From IMG/VR virus record IMGVR_UViG_2029527005_000013: 29,836 nucleotides of DNA. The stretch is one strand, 5' to 3'. Of this stretch, positions 6,060 to 14,498 are shown in pieces (positions within the stretch are counted from its first letter, which is position 1; each line of letters starts with the position of its first letter). The notes under the pieces are model-generated. The model saw nothing but the letters and a program-made list of their open reading frames with translations. It was not told where the DNA came from and searched no databases. This DNA is from a virus. A program made the translations under genes and the position numbers.

Positions 6060-6062
6060 GGA

Positions 6063-6275
6063 TTAAATAAATTCGAACACGGCTTCAAACCCGTAGAGTT
6101 TTACCTTGCCACCCCACACATAGGCATTCCACTTCTCCCCGTAGGGGTCGCGGATGAATACCTCATCCACCTCCATGTCGTGGTATGACTCCGTGGAGTA
6201 GACCCCGCCGACCTTGAAGAAGTATTTCAGTGTTGGGTCAAGCTCTGTACACCGGACATTACTTTTGATAATCAT
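6063..6275 (-). CDS. hypothetical protein
   Basis: Likely start MIIKSNV overlapping the upstream gene end. Confidence 0.65.
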   Translation of the reverse strand: MIIKSNVRCTELDPTLKYFFKVGGVYSTESYHDMEVDEVFIRDPYGEKWNAYVWGGKVKLYGFEAVFEFI

Positions 6276-6798
6276 CAGGTTTAATGACCTCTCGGACCAG
6301 ATCCAGAATGCGGGCCAGGTAGTCGTACTTGTGGCTGGATTTATTGGGCCACTCGTAGTACCACGGCTCGTCCATCCCCTCCAAGCATCGGAGTTCTGAC
6401 GGTGTTTCACCATAATACAGGTGATTACGGTTAGGGCCGAACGACTCGACGTAGTTGAACGCTTCACGCGCCTCGTCCTTGTCGAGTGTTCCGTTCCGGC
6501 GCTGCTTGAGGATCTGACGTGCCAAGAATGCCGGGTCCTCTTCGAGGTCCGGTTCAGTCTCCCGGTAGTCGGACATTTTACCGATCAGATAGTCGTTGGA
6601 CACACGTTGGAAGAACTCCTCAATGGTGCCTCCCATACTGCCCCAATACCCGGTCCAGGATTCACCCCAGCAAGAGATCAGGATCTTTCCTGCCCCTTCC
6701 CCGTAGTTCTCGATGATCACCTCCACCGGGTCTAGACGGTGTGAGGCGTTGACATCTTCGATGCGGATCTTTTCTACGGTTGTGCGTTTGATTTCCAC
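6259..6798 (-). CDS. conserved-type phage hypothetical protein (LDPVEV..GKILISCWGESWTGYWGSMG)
   Basis: 179 aa, GTG start with GGAG RBS. Confidence 0.85.
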   Translation of the reverse strand: MEIKRTTVEKIRIEDVNASHRLDPVEVIIENYGEGAGKILISCWGESWTGYWGSMGGTIEEFFQRVSNDYLIGKMSDYRETEPDLEEDPAFLARQILKQRRNGTLDKDEAREAFNYVESFGPNRNHLYYGETPSELRCLEGMDEPWYYEWPNKSSHKYDYLARILDLVREVIKPDDYQK

Positions 6799-6799
6799 G

Positions 6800-7048
6800 T
6801 TATCTCCCTAATAAGTATACAGTCCCGGCTTGCGAAATGGTGTATTGTGGATACGTTTTCGGTTCGTCAGGTCGCCACTGGTATTCCCCTTTGGTAACCA
6901 ACCCTTTCTTCACGAGAGACTCCAGAATCCTAACTGTCCCCTTCTGAGTGCCCCACGTCCAACCGGAACCGTATGGCCCGTCAACAAATCCACGTTCACG
7001 TTCTTGGAGGCACTTCAGCACCCCCAGTTGGCTTGACCCCAGCTTCAT
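6800..7048 (-). CDS. hypothetical protein, possible winged-helix
   Basis: 'VRILESLVKKGLV..YTISQAG' resembles a wHTH wing pattern. Confidence 0.7.
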   Translation of the reverse strand: MKLGSSQLGVLKCLQERERGFVDGPYGSGWTWGTQKGTVRILESLVKKGLVTKGEYQWRPDEPKTYPQYTISQAGTVYLLGR

Positions 7049-7206
7049 AGCAGGTCCTTCTTAGTGAAGATGTATTCGAAGTAAGCCTGGTTGCGGTTGT
7101 CCTTGACGCCGTAGTAGGCTTCATGACCGTAACCGAACAGCCAGCCTGTCAGCTTCAGGATCTGCTCCCACATTTTCCACTTATACTTCAGGTAAGTCAG
7201 CTTCAT
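7045..7206 (-). CDS. hypothetical protein (MKLTYLKYKW...)
   Basis: Purine-rich RBS, ATGA overlap downstream. Confidence 0.65.
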   Translation of the reverse strand: MKLTYLKYKWKMWEQILKLTGWLFGYGHEAYYGVKDNRNQAYFEYIFTKKDLL

Positions 7207-7534
7207 TCTTCTTCTCCTCGCGCTTGTTGTGCATATGCTCAACGATACGGACAATCGGACCCCGGCGGCGCTTACGTAATTTACGCATGGTGCGCCACAG
7301 GACCATCTTCGGCGACTGCCACCACTTATCGATCCATGCTCCGCCGTGGAACAGGCTCTCTGCAAAAGCAATGGAAATTGCCATCAGGACGGAGAGGATA
7401 GGGACAAATGCCAGGATAACAAAGATCCGCCCAATGTTGTCAACCTCCCCAGACCACGACATCATGGTGAGTACACGCCAGATGCAGAAGATGGAGCACA
7501 GGACGTTAACTGCCCAGAAAATAATATTTTCCAT
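7181..7534 (-). CDS. hypothetical membrane protein, two TM helices and a basic tail
   Basis: Two hydrophobic segments. Confidence 0.7.
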   Translation of the reverse strand: MENIIFWAVNVLCSIFCIWRVLTMMSWSGEVDNIGRIFVILAFVPILSVLMAISIAFAESLFHGGAWIDKWWQSPKMVLWRTMRKLRKRRRGPIVRIVEHMHNKREEKKNEADLPEV

Positions 7535-7536
7535 GA

Positions 7537-7659
7537 TTACGCCCCCGGCTGAATGTTGGAAGGCCACCAGAAATACTGCTGCGCCACTGCACGTTTACCG
7601 TCGCCGCCATCACCTTCGTTTGCCGCCTCGATGAGTGCCCACCACTTGATACCTACCAT
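7537..7659 (-). CDS. 40-aa small protein (MVGIKWWALIEAANEG...)
   Basis: Read manually; fills the gap exactly between neighbours. Confidence 0.5.
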   Translation of the reverse strand: MVGIKWWALIEAANEGDGGDGKRAVAQQYFWWPSNIQPGA

Positions 7660-7767
7660 CTAAACCCCCATTATCCACATGATTAAAAGTGCAACCACCT
7701 TCAGGATTGCTGCACACACTATAATACCAATCCCAACCTGAATCAAGAGGTCTGGGAGATCTTTCAT
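7660..7767 (-). CDS. 35-aa single-TM peptide (MKDLPDLLIQVGIGIIVCAAILKVVALLIMWIMGV)
   Basis: Read manually; ATGA overlap with the upstream gene. Confidence 0.55.
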   Translation of the reverse strand: MKDLPDLLIQVGIGIIVCAAILKVVALLIMWIMGV

Positions 7768-8006
7768 GTCGGCTTCTGGTCGCAGTAACCAAACACGCCG
7801 AGACCTTCTACTACGATCAGGTGACTGTTCCATCCAATACGCTCATCCAATCCTTGTTCCACAATGGTGATAGAACCAGGTCCGAACTTGACCGGGAAGT
7901 TCATCACATTGTTGATGTGATCTGCCAGATCCATTTTGGTAGCCGGGATCTGACGTACAGTTTTCAGGCTTTCAACCAGTGTACCGCGATGCTCACGAAC
8001 TCTCAT
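7764..8006 (-). CDS. hypothetical protein
   Basis: GAGGAG RBS; first gene after promoter 8060-8088. Confidence 0.8.
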   Translation of the reverse strand: MRVREHRGTLVESLKTVRQIPATKMDLADHINNVMNFPVKFGPGSITIVEQGLDERIGWNSHLIVVEGLGVFGYCDQKPT

Positions 8007-8059
8007 ATTTATCTCCTCATAATTTTAGTTTAGTGTGGGAGTCATCTCCCTTGCAACTA

Positions 8060-8088
8060 AGACTACACGTTATGGGGAGAGGTGTCAA
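8060..8088 (-). promoter_or_regulatory. sigma70-type promoter TTGACA-17-TAGTCT
   Basis: Consensus -35, correct spacing. Confidence 0.65.
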
Positions 8089-8100
8089 CCCATAAGATCA

Positions 8101-8206
8101 ACTTCGTTTAAAAAATTAACTGCCGAACGAATGTGAGTGTAGATAATTTTTTAATAGAAGTATAAACACCCAAGGCCCGGAGGGTGAGCGGACGCGAAGG
8201 TGTTTA
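8101..8206 (+). other. two adjacent stem-loops carrying GA-NN-GNNN-NN-GA mini-hairpins (ssi/pas-like)
   Basis: Stems TTAAAAAATTA/TAATTTTTTAA and TAAACACC/GGTGTTTA; inner motifs CGAACGAATGTGAG and TGAGCGGACGCGAA. Confidence 0.5.
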
Positions 8207-8231
8207 GATCTAATATAGTATAGTGTTCCTT

Positions 8232-8627
8232 TTAAGGAACAACAGAAATGTTATCAGGATCGATAACTTTCCACGTTTCCAGAGTGTCTGCGATCACATT
8301 GTGGAACGAATCCTCATTGTGGCCCGCTGCCCACTTGGCAACCAAGAAAGAGCACAAAGAGATCACATCTCGATCCTCTTTCACCGGAAACCCAGACAAC
8401 ACATCTACCAACTGAAGCTCATCCTCCTCAACGGCATCAGGATATAGAAACGTATCGAAGTCGCACAACAATACTTCATTGCCTTCACGATCCGAACGCT
8501 TAACCTCGATCCCTTTGCTGTTGAACATACAGACCCAGTTGTACTCCACCTCTGCCGCCTTATTCAGACGGAAGATGGAAAGGGACACACCCGTGCGCCC
8601 CGTATCCAAAGAAAATCCGTACTGCAA
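8232..8627 (-). CDS. hypothetical acidic protein downstream of the vWA gene
   Basis: TTG start with perfect AAGGAGG RBS, 9 nt after the vWA stop. Confidence 0.75.
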   Translation of the reverse strand: MQYGFSLDTGRTGVSLSIFRLNKAAEVEYNWVCMFNSKGIEVKRSDREGNEVLLCDFDTFLYPDAVEEDELQLVDVLSGFPVKEDRDVISLCSFLVAKWAAGHNEDSFHNVIADTLETWKVIDPDNISVVP

Positions 8628-8636
8628 ATTACCTCC

Positions 8637-10196
8637 TTAGATATACTTGTCGAAATCAACTGCGTTCCCGAATGGCGGCTTCCATTCCTGACCGTGACGC
8701 CCCAGGATAACCCACAAGGTTTTCGGCCCATACCGCTTGGCCCAGTCCTTCACCTTAGACACATCGGAGAAACATCCATCCGTGTAGATCACAATCTGGT
8801 CCGGCTCACGGTCCTGCTCGTCCATGTAGTTGAACACACATTTCACATCTGTCCCGAAGGTCGTTGTGATGCTGTAATCACTGATCTCCTTGACGTTCTT
8901 TTTGGTGTACGTCTTGACATGACCAACTTTTGTTGACCAGCAACCCAAGTGTACCACAAAATCATCGTACTGGTTACACAAACCTTTGATCTCTCGGATC
9001 GTTGGCTTCAGTAACGTATCGTTAAAGGACCCGGACACATCGAACCAAATGTCTGCCTCGATTGTCTTCGCCTTAGAGTGCGATGGTAAGCCGATCGTCT
9101 GCCGGGAGGACAGATACCCTGCCTTACGTAAAGAACGTGTCAGAGAGTAGCTACGGCGGCTTAAACGGCGGTATGTCACGTTGTCCTTGAACAGACGTTC
9201 GATTGTCCGGCGTAACAGACGCAGATAGTTGATCTTCGGCTTGCCTGCCTCTTCCACAAACTTACGAGCATCAGGCGGCGCACCCTTGCCCGCTGCCTGC
9301 ACGGCGTTCTCAATTGCACGACGCATCACAGTGTCGTTGTAGTTCTTCTGGTCCTGAGTCAGCGGCTTCTGTGCTGCCGGGTCGGTGCCCATAGCCTTTG
9401 ACAGGTCGCCTGCCTCTTCAGAGTCAATGGAGCCGTCTGGATTGCAGTGCTGGTCCACACCCTTTTGGCCCGAACCTGGGTTGTTTCCGCCCGGCTGGCC
9501 CGACTGGTCATCCCCCTGACCACCACTACCTTGCCCCGAACCGCCGCCCGGCATCTGCGGTTGTTCTTTCTTCAGGATCTCGTAGATCTGCTCTGCGTAC
9601 ATATCCACAAAGCGGAAATCACAATACCCGAAAGCCATGAACCCAAACTCCTCTTCGTGCTTGAAGACGGTACGCTCGCCCGCCGGGAACCACGCCTTGC
9701 CCAGTTCGTTGGCCTTGGTATGAGCCATGACCAGGTTGGTATTGATACGGTGATCCGCCGCGATGTTGAACAGGGCATGGTCAAATCCCCGGCCTCGGTG
9801 TGCGTGGTCAGAGATCACGTGGTCACACTCATGCTCAAGAACCAGCGCCACTTCACGGGCAGTTTTACGACGATAGAAGACATTGATCATCTGCTTCGTC
9901 TCTTTGTTCTTCGCCGGATCGGTGACGAACATGTCGATACGGGCAAACACCGCCTTCTTACGGTTGTCACACATCCCGGTGATGAACTCCGGGGAGTAGA
10001 AGATGTCGCGCCCATTGGTAGCCATCGTGTTGATGGTCTCCGTCGCCCTGATTACAGGCATAGAGGACAGCATGACTCCATAAAAGGGCTTAAACCTCAT
10101 CAATTGTAAACTGGCGGCTTCAATTAACTTTTCCGCCTCTTCAGTGTTGGCGTTAGCCCAGTCCAACTCTTCCTGACTCATAATATTGTCAATCAT
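8637..10196 (-). CDS. DUF2201-type putative metallopeptidase (HExxH) with C-terminal vWA-like domain
   Basis: TMATNG, HECDH, FNIAADHRIN; Gly/Gln-rich linker; MIDAS-like DVSGS...T...YTDG. Confidence 0.9.
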   Translation of the reverse strand: MIDNIMSQEELDWANANTEEAEKLIEAASLQLMRFKPFYGVMLSSMPVIRATETINTMATNGRDIFYSPEFITGMCDNRKKAVFARIDMFVTDPAKNKETKQMINVFYRRKTAREVALVLEHECDHVISDHAHRGRGFDHALFNIAADHRINTNLVMAHTKANELGKAWFPAGERTVFKHEEEFGFMAFGYCDFRFVDMYAEQIYEILKKEQPQMPGGGSGQGSGGQGDDQSGQPGGNNPGSGQKGVDQHCNPDGSIDSEEAGDLSKAMGTDPAAQKPLTQDQKNYNDTVMRRAIENAVQAAGKGAPPDARKFVEEAGKPKINYLRLLRRTIERLFKDNVTYRRLSRRSYSLTRSLRKAGYLSSRQTIGLPSHSKAKTIEADIWFDVSGSFNDTLLKPTIREIKGLCNQYDDFVVHLGCWSTKVGHVKTYTKKNVKEISDYSITTTFGTDVKCVFNYMDEQDREPDQIVIYTDGCFSDVSKVKDWAKRYGPKTLWVILGRHGQEWKPPFGNAVDFDKYI

Positions 10197-10207
10197 TTGT
10201 TTCCTCC

Positions 10208-10241
10208 AAAAGAAAAGGGGGCCATCTCGAAAGATGACCCC
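10208..10241 (-). terminator. intrinsic terminator GGGGTCATCT-TTCG-AGATGGCCCC-CTTTTCTTTT between the ATPase and vWA genes
   Basis: 10-bp stem, UUCG loop, U-tract. Confidence 0.75.
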
Positions 10242-10269
10242 ATTTTAACAGTTCAGATTGTCATGTCAA
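10242..10269 (-). promoter_or_regulatory. extended -10 promoter TTGACA-16-(TGn)TAAAAT
   Basis: Near-consensus; predicted start site falls inside the terminator 5' arm. Confidence 0.7.
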
Positions 10270-10272
10270 GCA

Positions 10273-11490
10273 TTACGCTTCGAAATCTTGCAGAATTACA
10301 CCATAACGAGTCTGGTATTCCAGGACAATCTTCATGATGGACGGACAACCTTTACGCAGCGCCGGGATCATCTTCACACGTTTCGGGTTCATTGCCAGAA
10401 TGGATTGCTCACCATTTTGGGCACGGAACAGGCCGATCATCAACGCGATAAGGGTATCCTTGTTTCGCTCATAGTAGTTGTTGAACATGAAGTTCATGAA
10501 GTTACCAGCACGTTCGATGAATTTCTCATCGGCGATGTTGTTGTTCATAACCTCTTCTTCCAGCTTACGTAAACAGGTCTGCGCCAATACATAAACCAGG
10601 TCGTTCTTATCACGAGCAAGTTCATGCTTGGTTTTCTTGCCGGAGAACACGTCCTCAACGGATGGCAGTTCGGCAGCACGTAAGTGATACGCCATAACCA
10701 TCGTTTCCAGACCCTCACCAACGGTGCCTGCAATGGCAATCTCGGTGATGAACTCGTTCTTGGACTTCTCGTAATCGTACACGATGTCAGAGGTTGTTTT
10801 CCACTGACGAGGTGATGCGAACACGCCGTTCTCTGGACGGTTGGTAACATCACCCGTGTAGAAGTGCTCCGGGAACTGCTTCAGGAAGCCGATGATATGC
10901 GGGTGCAGTTTGAACGGCACGGCATAGTCTTCGATCCACACATCCAGGTTGTACTCAACTTCACACACGATCATACGGTTGATCAGTGGACCCGGCATTT
11001 CTGTGGTGCCAGCGTTATCCGTTGCACGGTTGCCAGCCCCGACGAACACACACCCTTCAGGGAACTTGAAGTTACCCGCCATGTGATCCAAGATAACCTG
11101 ATACGCAGAGTGCTGGGTGCCCAGGATTGCGTTCGGCAGTTCGTCAAGGAAGATGATACCTTCCCAGTTTGGATCGGTAGGCCAGAAGTCCGGCACAGCG
11201 TACATAGTACGGACGGTTCCGTCCTGCATTTCCAGCGGCAGCGGGATACCTGCGATGTCCTGCGGCTCTTTGTCAGACAGACGAACGTCACACAGGTTAT
11301 CGCCAATGCGGTGTGGGAACATTTTGTTGGCAATTTGGCGCATCTTCTCTGACTTACCCAGCCCGGCACCGCCGTAGAAGAACGTGGTTTTACCGATACG
11401 AGCGCCGAGCATTACCATGTCTTCCATTTGACGAATGGAAATACGTTTCTTAAACATGGTTTGGTTTTCGCGCTTATACGTGGTTTGCAT
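10273..11490 (-). CDS. MoxR/AAA_5-like AAA+ ATPase
   Basis: Walker A GGAGLGKS, Walker B IIFLDE, sensor-1 GAGN, Arg finger LINR, sensor-2 SPR; GAGGAG RBS before MQTTYK. Confidence 0.9.
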   Translation of the reverse strand: MQTTYKRENQTMFKKRISIRQMEDMVMLGARIGKTTFFYGGAGLGKSEKMRQIANKMFPHRIGDNLCDVRLSDKEPQDIAGIPLPLEMQDGTVRTMYAVPDFWPTDPNWEGIIFLDELPNAILGTQHSAYQVILDHMAGNFKFPEGCVFVGAGNRATDNAGTTEMPGPLINRMIVCEVEYNLDVWIEDYAVPFKLHPHIIGFLKQFPEHFYTGDVTNRPENGVFASPRQWKTTSDIVYDYEKSKNEFITEIAIAGTVGEGLETMVMAYHLRAAELPSVEDVFSGKKTKHELARDKNDLVYVLAQTCLRKLEEEVMNNNIADEKFIERAGNFMNFMFNNYYERNKDTLIALMIGLFRAQNGEQSILAMNPKRVKMIPALRKGCPSIMKIVLEYQTRYGVILQDFEA

Positions 11491-11522
11491 CTCAAATCTC
11501 CTCTTTGTTATTGATGAGGGCC

Positions 11523-11550
11523 ATTCTACATGGCCCATTTATAAAGTCAA
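11523..11550 (-). promoter_or_regulatory. promoter TTGACT-16-TAGAAT
   Basis: -10 enclosed by inverted repeat GGGCCAT/ATGGCCC. Confidence 0.65.
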
Positions 11551-11553
11551 GCA

Positions 11554-12168
11554 TTATCCGCCGAAAGAACTGCTGCTACGACCAACAGAGGAACCAAACC
11601 CGCCCCGGGTGGTCGTCTTCGACGAAGAGAAGCCGGACTTGGAACCGGACCAGGTGGATCGCGGTGCTTCGACCTTCGGCTTCACTGCCGATTTGGTAAC
11701 CTTGAACGATTTGCCGGGCTTCACATCGTAAGATCGGGACTTGTTGTCCACCCACTTACCAGAACGGCTCTGGTACATCGGTGCTGAGTGATAAGAGTTA
11801 TTGGACCCCATCATATTGCCCAGCATGTAACCCATCATCAGAGGCATCCACGGAGACTCCCCGCCCGTCGAGGCTGCTGCCGCCGAGTTGTGCTGGCACA
11901 TATTGCCAAACTCTTCGTAGCATTCTGCATAGGAGCCGAACTTAGGTGCCGTCTCCGCTGCAACTTTTTGGGCTTCCTTCTCTGCGGTCTTGCACTGCTC
12001 CAAGGTGTTGCCGCTTTCGGCGGCACACTGCTCGGAGTTCATGTACAGTTTCACCGTCTCGTCGGCCTGCTCGCAGCCGGACAGGGTGAAGGTTACTGCA
12101 ACTGCCACAGCGAATCCGAGGAAAGACTTACGGAAACGTGACTTATTCATGGTCTTTGTGCGCTTCAT
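11554..12168 (-). CDS. DUF1190 (YgiB/YjfM-like) lipoprotein
   Basis: Lipobox LSGC, Cys pattern C..C..APKF...CYEEFG..C, 'WMPLMMGYMLG', C-terminal TTTRGGFG; start may be 12150. Confidence 0.85.
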   Translation of the reverse strand: MKRTKTMNKSRFRKSFLGFAVAVAVTFTLSGCEQADETVKLYMNSEQCAAESGNTLEQCKTAEKEAQKVAAETAPKFGSYAECYEEFGNMCQHNSAAAASTGGESPWMPLMMGYMLGNMMGSNNSYHSAPMYQSRSGKWVDNKSRSYDVKPGKSFKVTKSAVKPKVEAPRSTWSGSKSGFSSSKTTTRGGFGSSVGRSSSSFGG

Positions 12169-12169
12169 T

Positions 12170-12700
12170 TTAACCCCATGTTGCTAGGCCATAACGGCCT
12201 GTGAAATAGATGTCGTTATCTTTGAAGATGGCATCCGGGTTCTTGCGGAACAGGTCCACATAGTACGCCCGCACGGCATCCCAATCTGCCTTGTCGAAGT
12301 AGACAACCTGGTCACCAGTGCCCACAACCCCATCAGTATACCCATCCCGGCGCTTACCTGCAACACGGACCGTATTCTTTTTGCGGTGGATACGGACGTT
12401 TTCGTGATACCCGGCACAGCCGCCGTGACCACAGGAACAGGTAAAGAAGGAATCCCAGATCCAGCCGTCCTGATAATCCCCCTTCCAGCCCGGACGCATT
12501 GCATGAAGGAAGTAGTACATGCAGTACGTTTCTTCCGGCTCTACCTTGTTGATCCGGCACCCGACACGGGTGATGGTCACCTCTTTACCTTCTTCAAGGT
12601 CCAGCCAGTCACCATCATCGAGGACTTCCGGCATCCCGTGTCGTTCTGGGCAACCACGGTAGGTGGAGATCACTGGCTCAATACGCAAAGTCTTTTTCAT
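12170..12700 (-). CDS. hypothetical protein with CSCGHGGC motif
   Basis: 176-aa ORF, GGAGG RBS. Confidence 0.8.
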   Translation of the reverse strand: MKKTLRIEPVISTYRGCPERHGMPEVLDDGDWLDLEEGKEVTITRVGCRINKVEPEETYCMYYFLHAMRPGWKGDYQDGWIWDSFFTCSCGHGGCAGYHENVRIHRKKNTVRVAGKRRDGYTDGVVGTGDQVVYFDKADWDAVRAYYVDLFRKNPDAIFKDNDIYFTGRYGLATWG

Positions 12701-12894
12701 TCTGCCTCCACCATGACTTCAATGAAGTCGTCAGCCCCAGTAAGGGCGCGGTAATAAAAATGATTAACCTCGCGGACAAAGTATCGCTTGCCGTGGGCGG
12801 TTACCGTTTCGTTTTTCCGTGGGACAATAAGTCCATCACCCTGTCGGCTAACCAACATTACATCGGTCCCACGTTCATAGATTTCAATTTTCAT
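12697..12894 (-). CDS. hypothetical protein
   Basis: ATGA overlaps on both sides. Confidence 0.7.
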   Translation of the reverse strand: MKIEIYERGTDVMLVSRQGDGLIVPRKNETVTAHGKRYFVREVNHFYYRALTGADDFIEVMVEAE

Positions 12895-13049
12895 TCAGAT
12901 ACCACCTCTTCCCATTCCATATCGTCCAAGAAGCAGGACTCGCAGTCGTCATCAAACACAAAACGGCTGTCACCTGCACCATACACCTGATAATGCGTTT
13001 CAGCGCTGAACTTGTGGCCCAGCGGTGCATCCAGTACAATAATCCTCAT
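12891..13049 (-). CDS. 52-aa acidic small protein (MRIIVLDAPLGHKF...)
   Basis: Read manually; ATGA overlaps on both sides. Confidence 0.65.
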   Translation of the reverse strand: MRIIVLDAPLGHKFSAETHYQVYGAGDSRFVFDDDCESCFLDDMEWEEVVSE

Positions 13050-13606
13050 TTGAACATCCCCATGATGGTTCCAATTGCCCTTTTCTTACGCTGAACAAAG
13101 ATGTCACGAGGCTCAAAGGTTGCCATGTTTCCAGGATTGTCCTCGTGCCACTCGATCATCGTCTTAATTTGCATGTGCATTGTATGGTATTTCTTCATAC
13201 GCTGCAAGTCCTTTTCACGCAGACCTTTCAGGCGGCGGATGTCAGTGTTATGCCGGAGGTCAGCCAGTTTTACACGGCAGGCGTCGTAGCTCCACAGAAT
13301 CCCCTCCAAATATTCTTCGTGCGTTTGGAACTCAACTTTGGTCAGGCGGGTGATCCCGTCAATGACACGGTTGGAGATCCCGAGGCGTTCCAGGTCGCAC
13401 TGCTGCACCGGGGTGTCCTCGATCAGGTCGTGACCCACAGCGATACAGTTTAACTCGTCATCGTCCTTCTCCTTCAGGTAGTGCATTACCTTCAGTACGT
13501 GCAGGACATAAGGACGCCCACCCTTGTCGAACTGTTGTTGGTGGTGAGTAGCAGCCAGCTTGATCATCATCGCCAGTTGTTTTTCCGGGGAAAGTACCTT
13601 GTTCAT
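13046..13606 (-). CDS. HD-domain hydrolase of the Mesh1/SpoT (small alarmone hydrolase) type
   Basis: H..QFDKGGRPY..H, GHDLIEDT, LTK, VKLADLRHN motifs; AGGAG RBS before MNKVLS. Confidence 0.85.
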   Translation of the reverse strand: MNKVLSPEKQLAMMIKLAATHHQQQFDKGGRPYVLHVLKVMHYLKEKDDDELNCIAVGHDLIEDTPVQQCDLERLGISNRVIDGITRLTKVEFQTHEEYLEGILWSYDACRVKLADLRHNTDIRRLKGLREKDLQRMKKYHTMHMQIKTMIEWHEDNPGNMATFEPRDIFVQRKKRAIGTIMGMFK

Positions 13607-13637
13607 TTGTTGCTCCTGTTCATGAATTGTGAACGCC

Positions 13638-13666
13638 AATTTATCATGAACAAAAATACGATTCAA
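13638..13666 (-). promoter_or_regulatory. leftward promoter TTGAAT-17-TAAATT
   Basis: At the strand switch; long inverted repeat TGTTCATGA/TCATGAACA spans the -10 and leader. Confidence 0.55.
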
Positions 13667-13669
13667 GTA

Positions 13670-13698
13670 TTGATTTCTCGATCGAGTACCTGTATAGT
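13670..13698 (+). promoter_or_regulatory. rightward promoter TTGATT-17-TATAGT
   Basis: Back-to-back with the leftward promoter; palindrome CTCGATCGAG in the spacer. Confidence 0.65.
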
Positions 13699-13726
13699 CC
13701 ACTCATCAAATGACGAGGAGCACAAA

Positions 13727-14269
13727 ATGAAACTACGTGAACGCACTGAAGGACGGGAACAAGAGCATGTCGATGAAAGAGCCTACAAATTCTTTACCTA
13801 CGGATATTCCGGCGAATACAAATACCACTGGAAGAGTACGTCAGAGGGACTCCGCCCTACTGCTGTACTGGAGCACGGTCATTTCTACCCAGTATGCGCT
13901 TACTGCGGGCGACAGGCGCTGCCAATCCAAGGTGAAAGGAGAGCCTACTCCCCAATGGGGTCCACGTCATATTATGACAAAGGTCACTGCTGCGTGTGCA
14001 AAGATGCGATGGACGAGCTTGAGTGCAAGGATAAGGCAACCGAGATCCGGGAGAAAATGAACCGTCTCTTGGGCGAGTTGAATCAGGCAAAGCCGAAAGT
14101 AAACCCTGACGTTGTAGAGGCAATGATCAAGGAACGGGCCGAGAGCGACCTGAAAGAGCTAAATCGGAATAAAAAGCACAGTGCTTGGGGCATTTATCAC
14201 CAACTGGATAGTCTGGGTATTGCGTTGAAGAAAGAAAACAACCGTGAAGAGGAGTACGACGATGAGTAA
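13727..14269 (+). CDS. hypothetical Zn-binding protein (CAYC...CCVC) with coiled-coil
   Basis: GAGGAG RBS before MKLRER. Confidence 0.8.
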   Translation: MKLRERTEGREQEHVDERAYKFFTYGYSGEYKYHWKSTSEGLRPTAVLEHGHFYPVCAYCGRQALPIQGERRAYSPMGSTSYYDKGHCCVCKDAMDELECKDKATEIREKMNRLLGELNQAKPKVNPDVVEAMIKERAESDLKELNRNKKHSAWGIYHQLDSLGIALKKENNREEEYDDE

Positions 14270-14498
14270 ATACACAATGGTGGACGAGGCTTACGATGTC
14301 ACTTTGTTGAATAACCTCCAGCAGTTGGCCTGGCGTTCTGTTGGTCTTTTCTATGAGGACGGGACCGAAACCACCTTCGAGAAGACAAAGAAGTTTTTCC
14401 GGGACAATCCTAAAAGGACCCTGTACCTGTACCAAAAGGACGAGGACGGGGATAACCGCTGGAACCGTGACTGGTATTATCGTGTGGAGAAACACTGA
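14262..14498 (+). CDS. hypothetical protein
   Basis: GAGGAG RBS, overlap. Confidence 0.7.
   Translation: MSKYTMVDEAYDVTLLNNLQQLAWRSVGLFYEDGTETTFEKTKKFFRDNPKRTLYLYQKDEDGDNRWNRDWYYRVEKH

Noticed and set aside
7671-7679. Perfect DnaA box TTATCCACA
   Set aside because: Single copy inside a small coding region; compatible with chance in 30 kb
9470-9560. Gly/Gln/Ser-rich repetitive stretch
   Set aside because: Ordinary flexible linker between the peptidase-like and vWA domains of DUF2201 proteins
13481-13726. N-terminal extensions of the two divergent ORFs given in the track
   Set aside because: They run through the back-to-back promoters; RBS-supported starts are 13606 (-) and 13727 (+)
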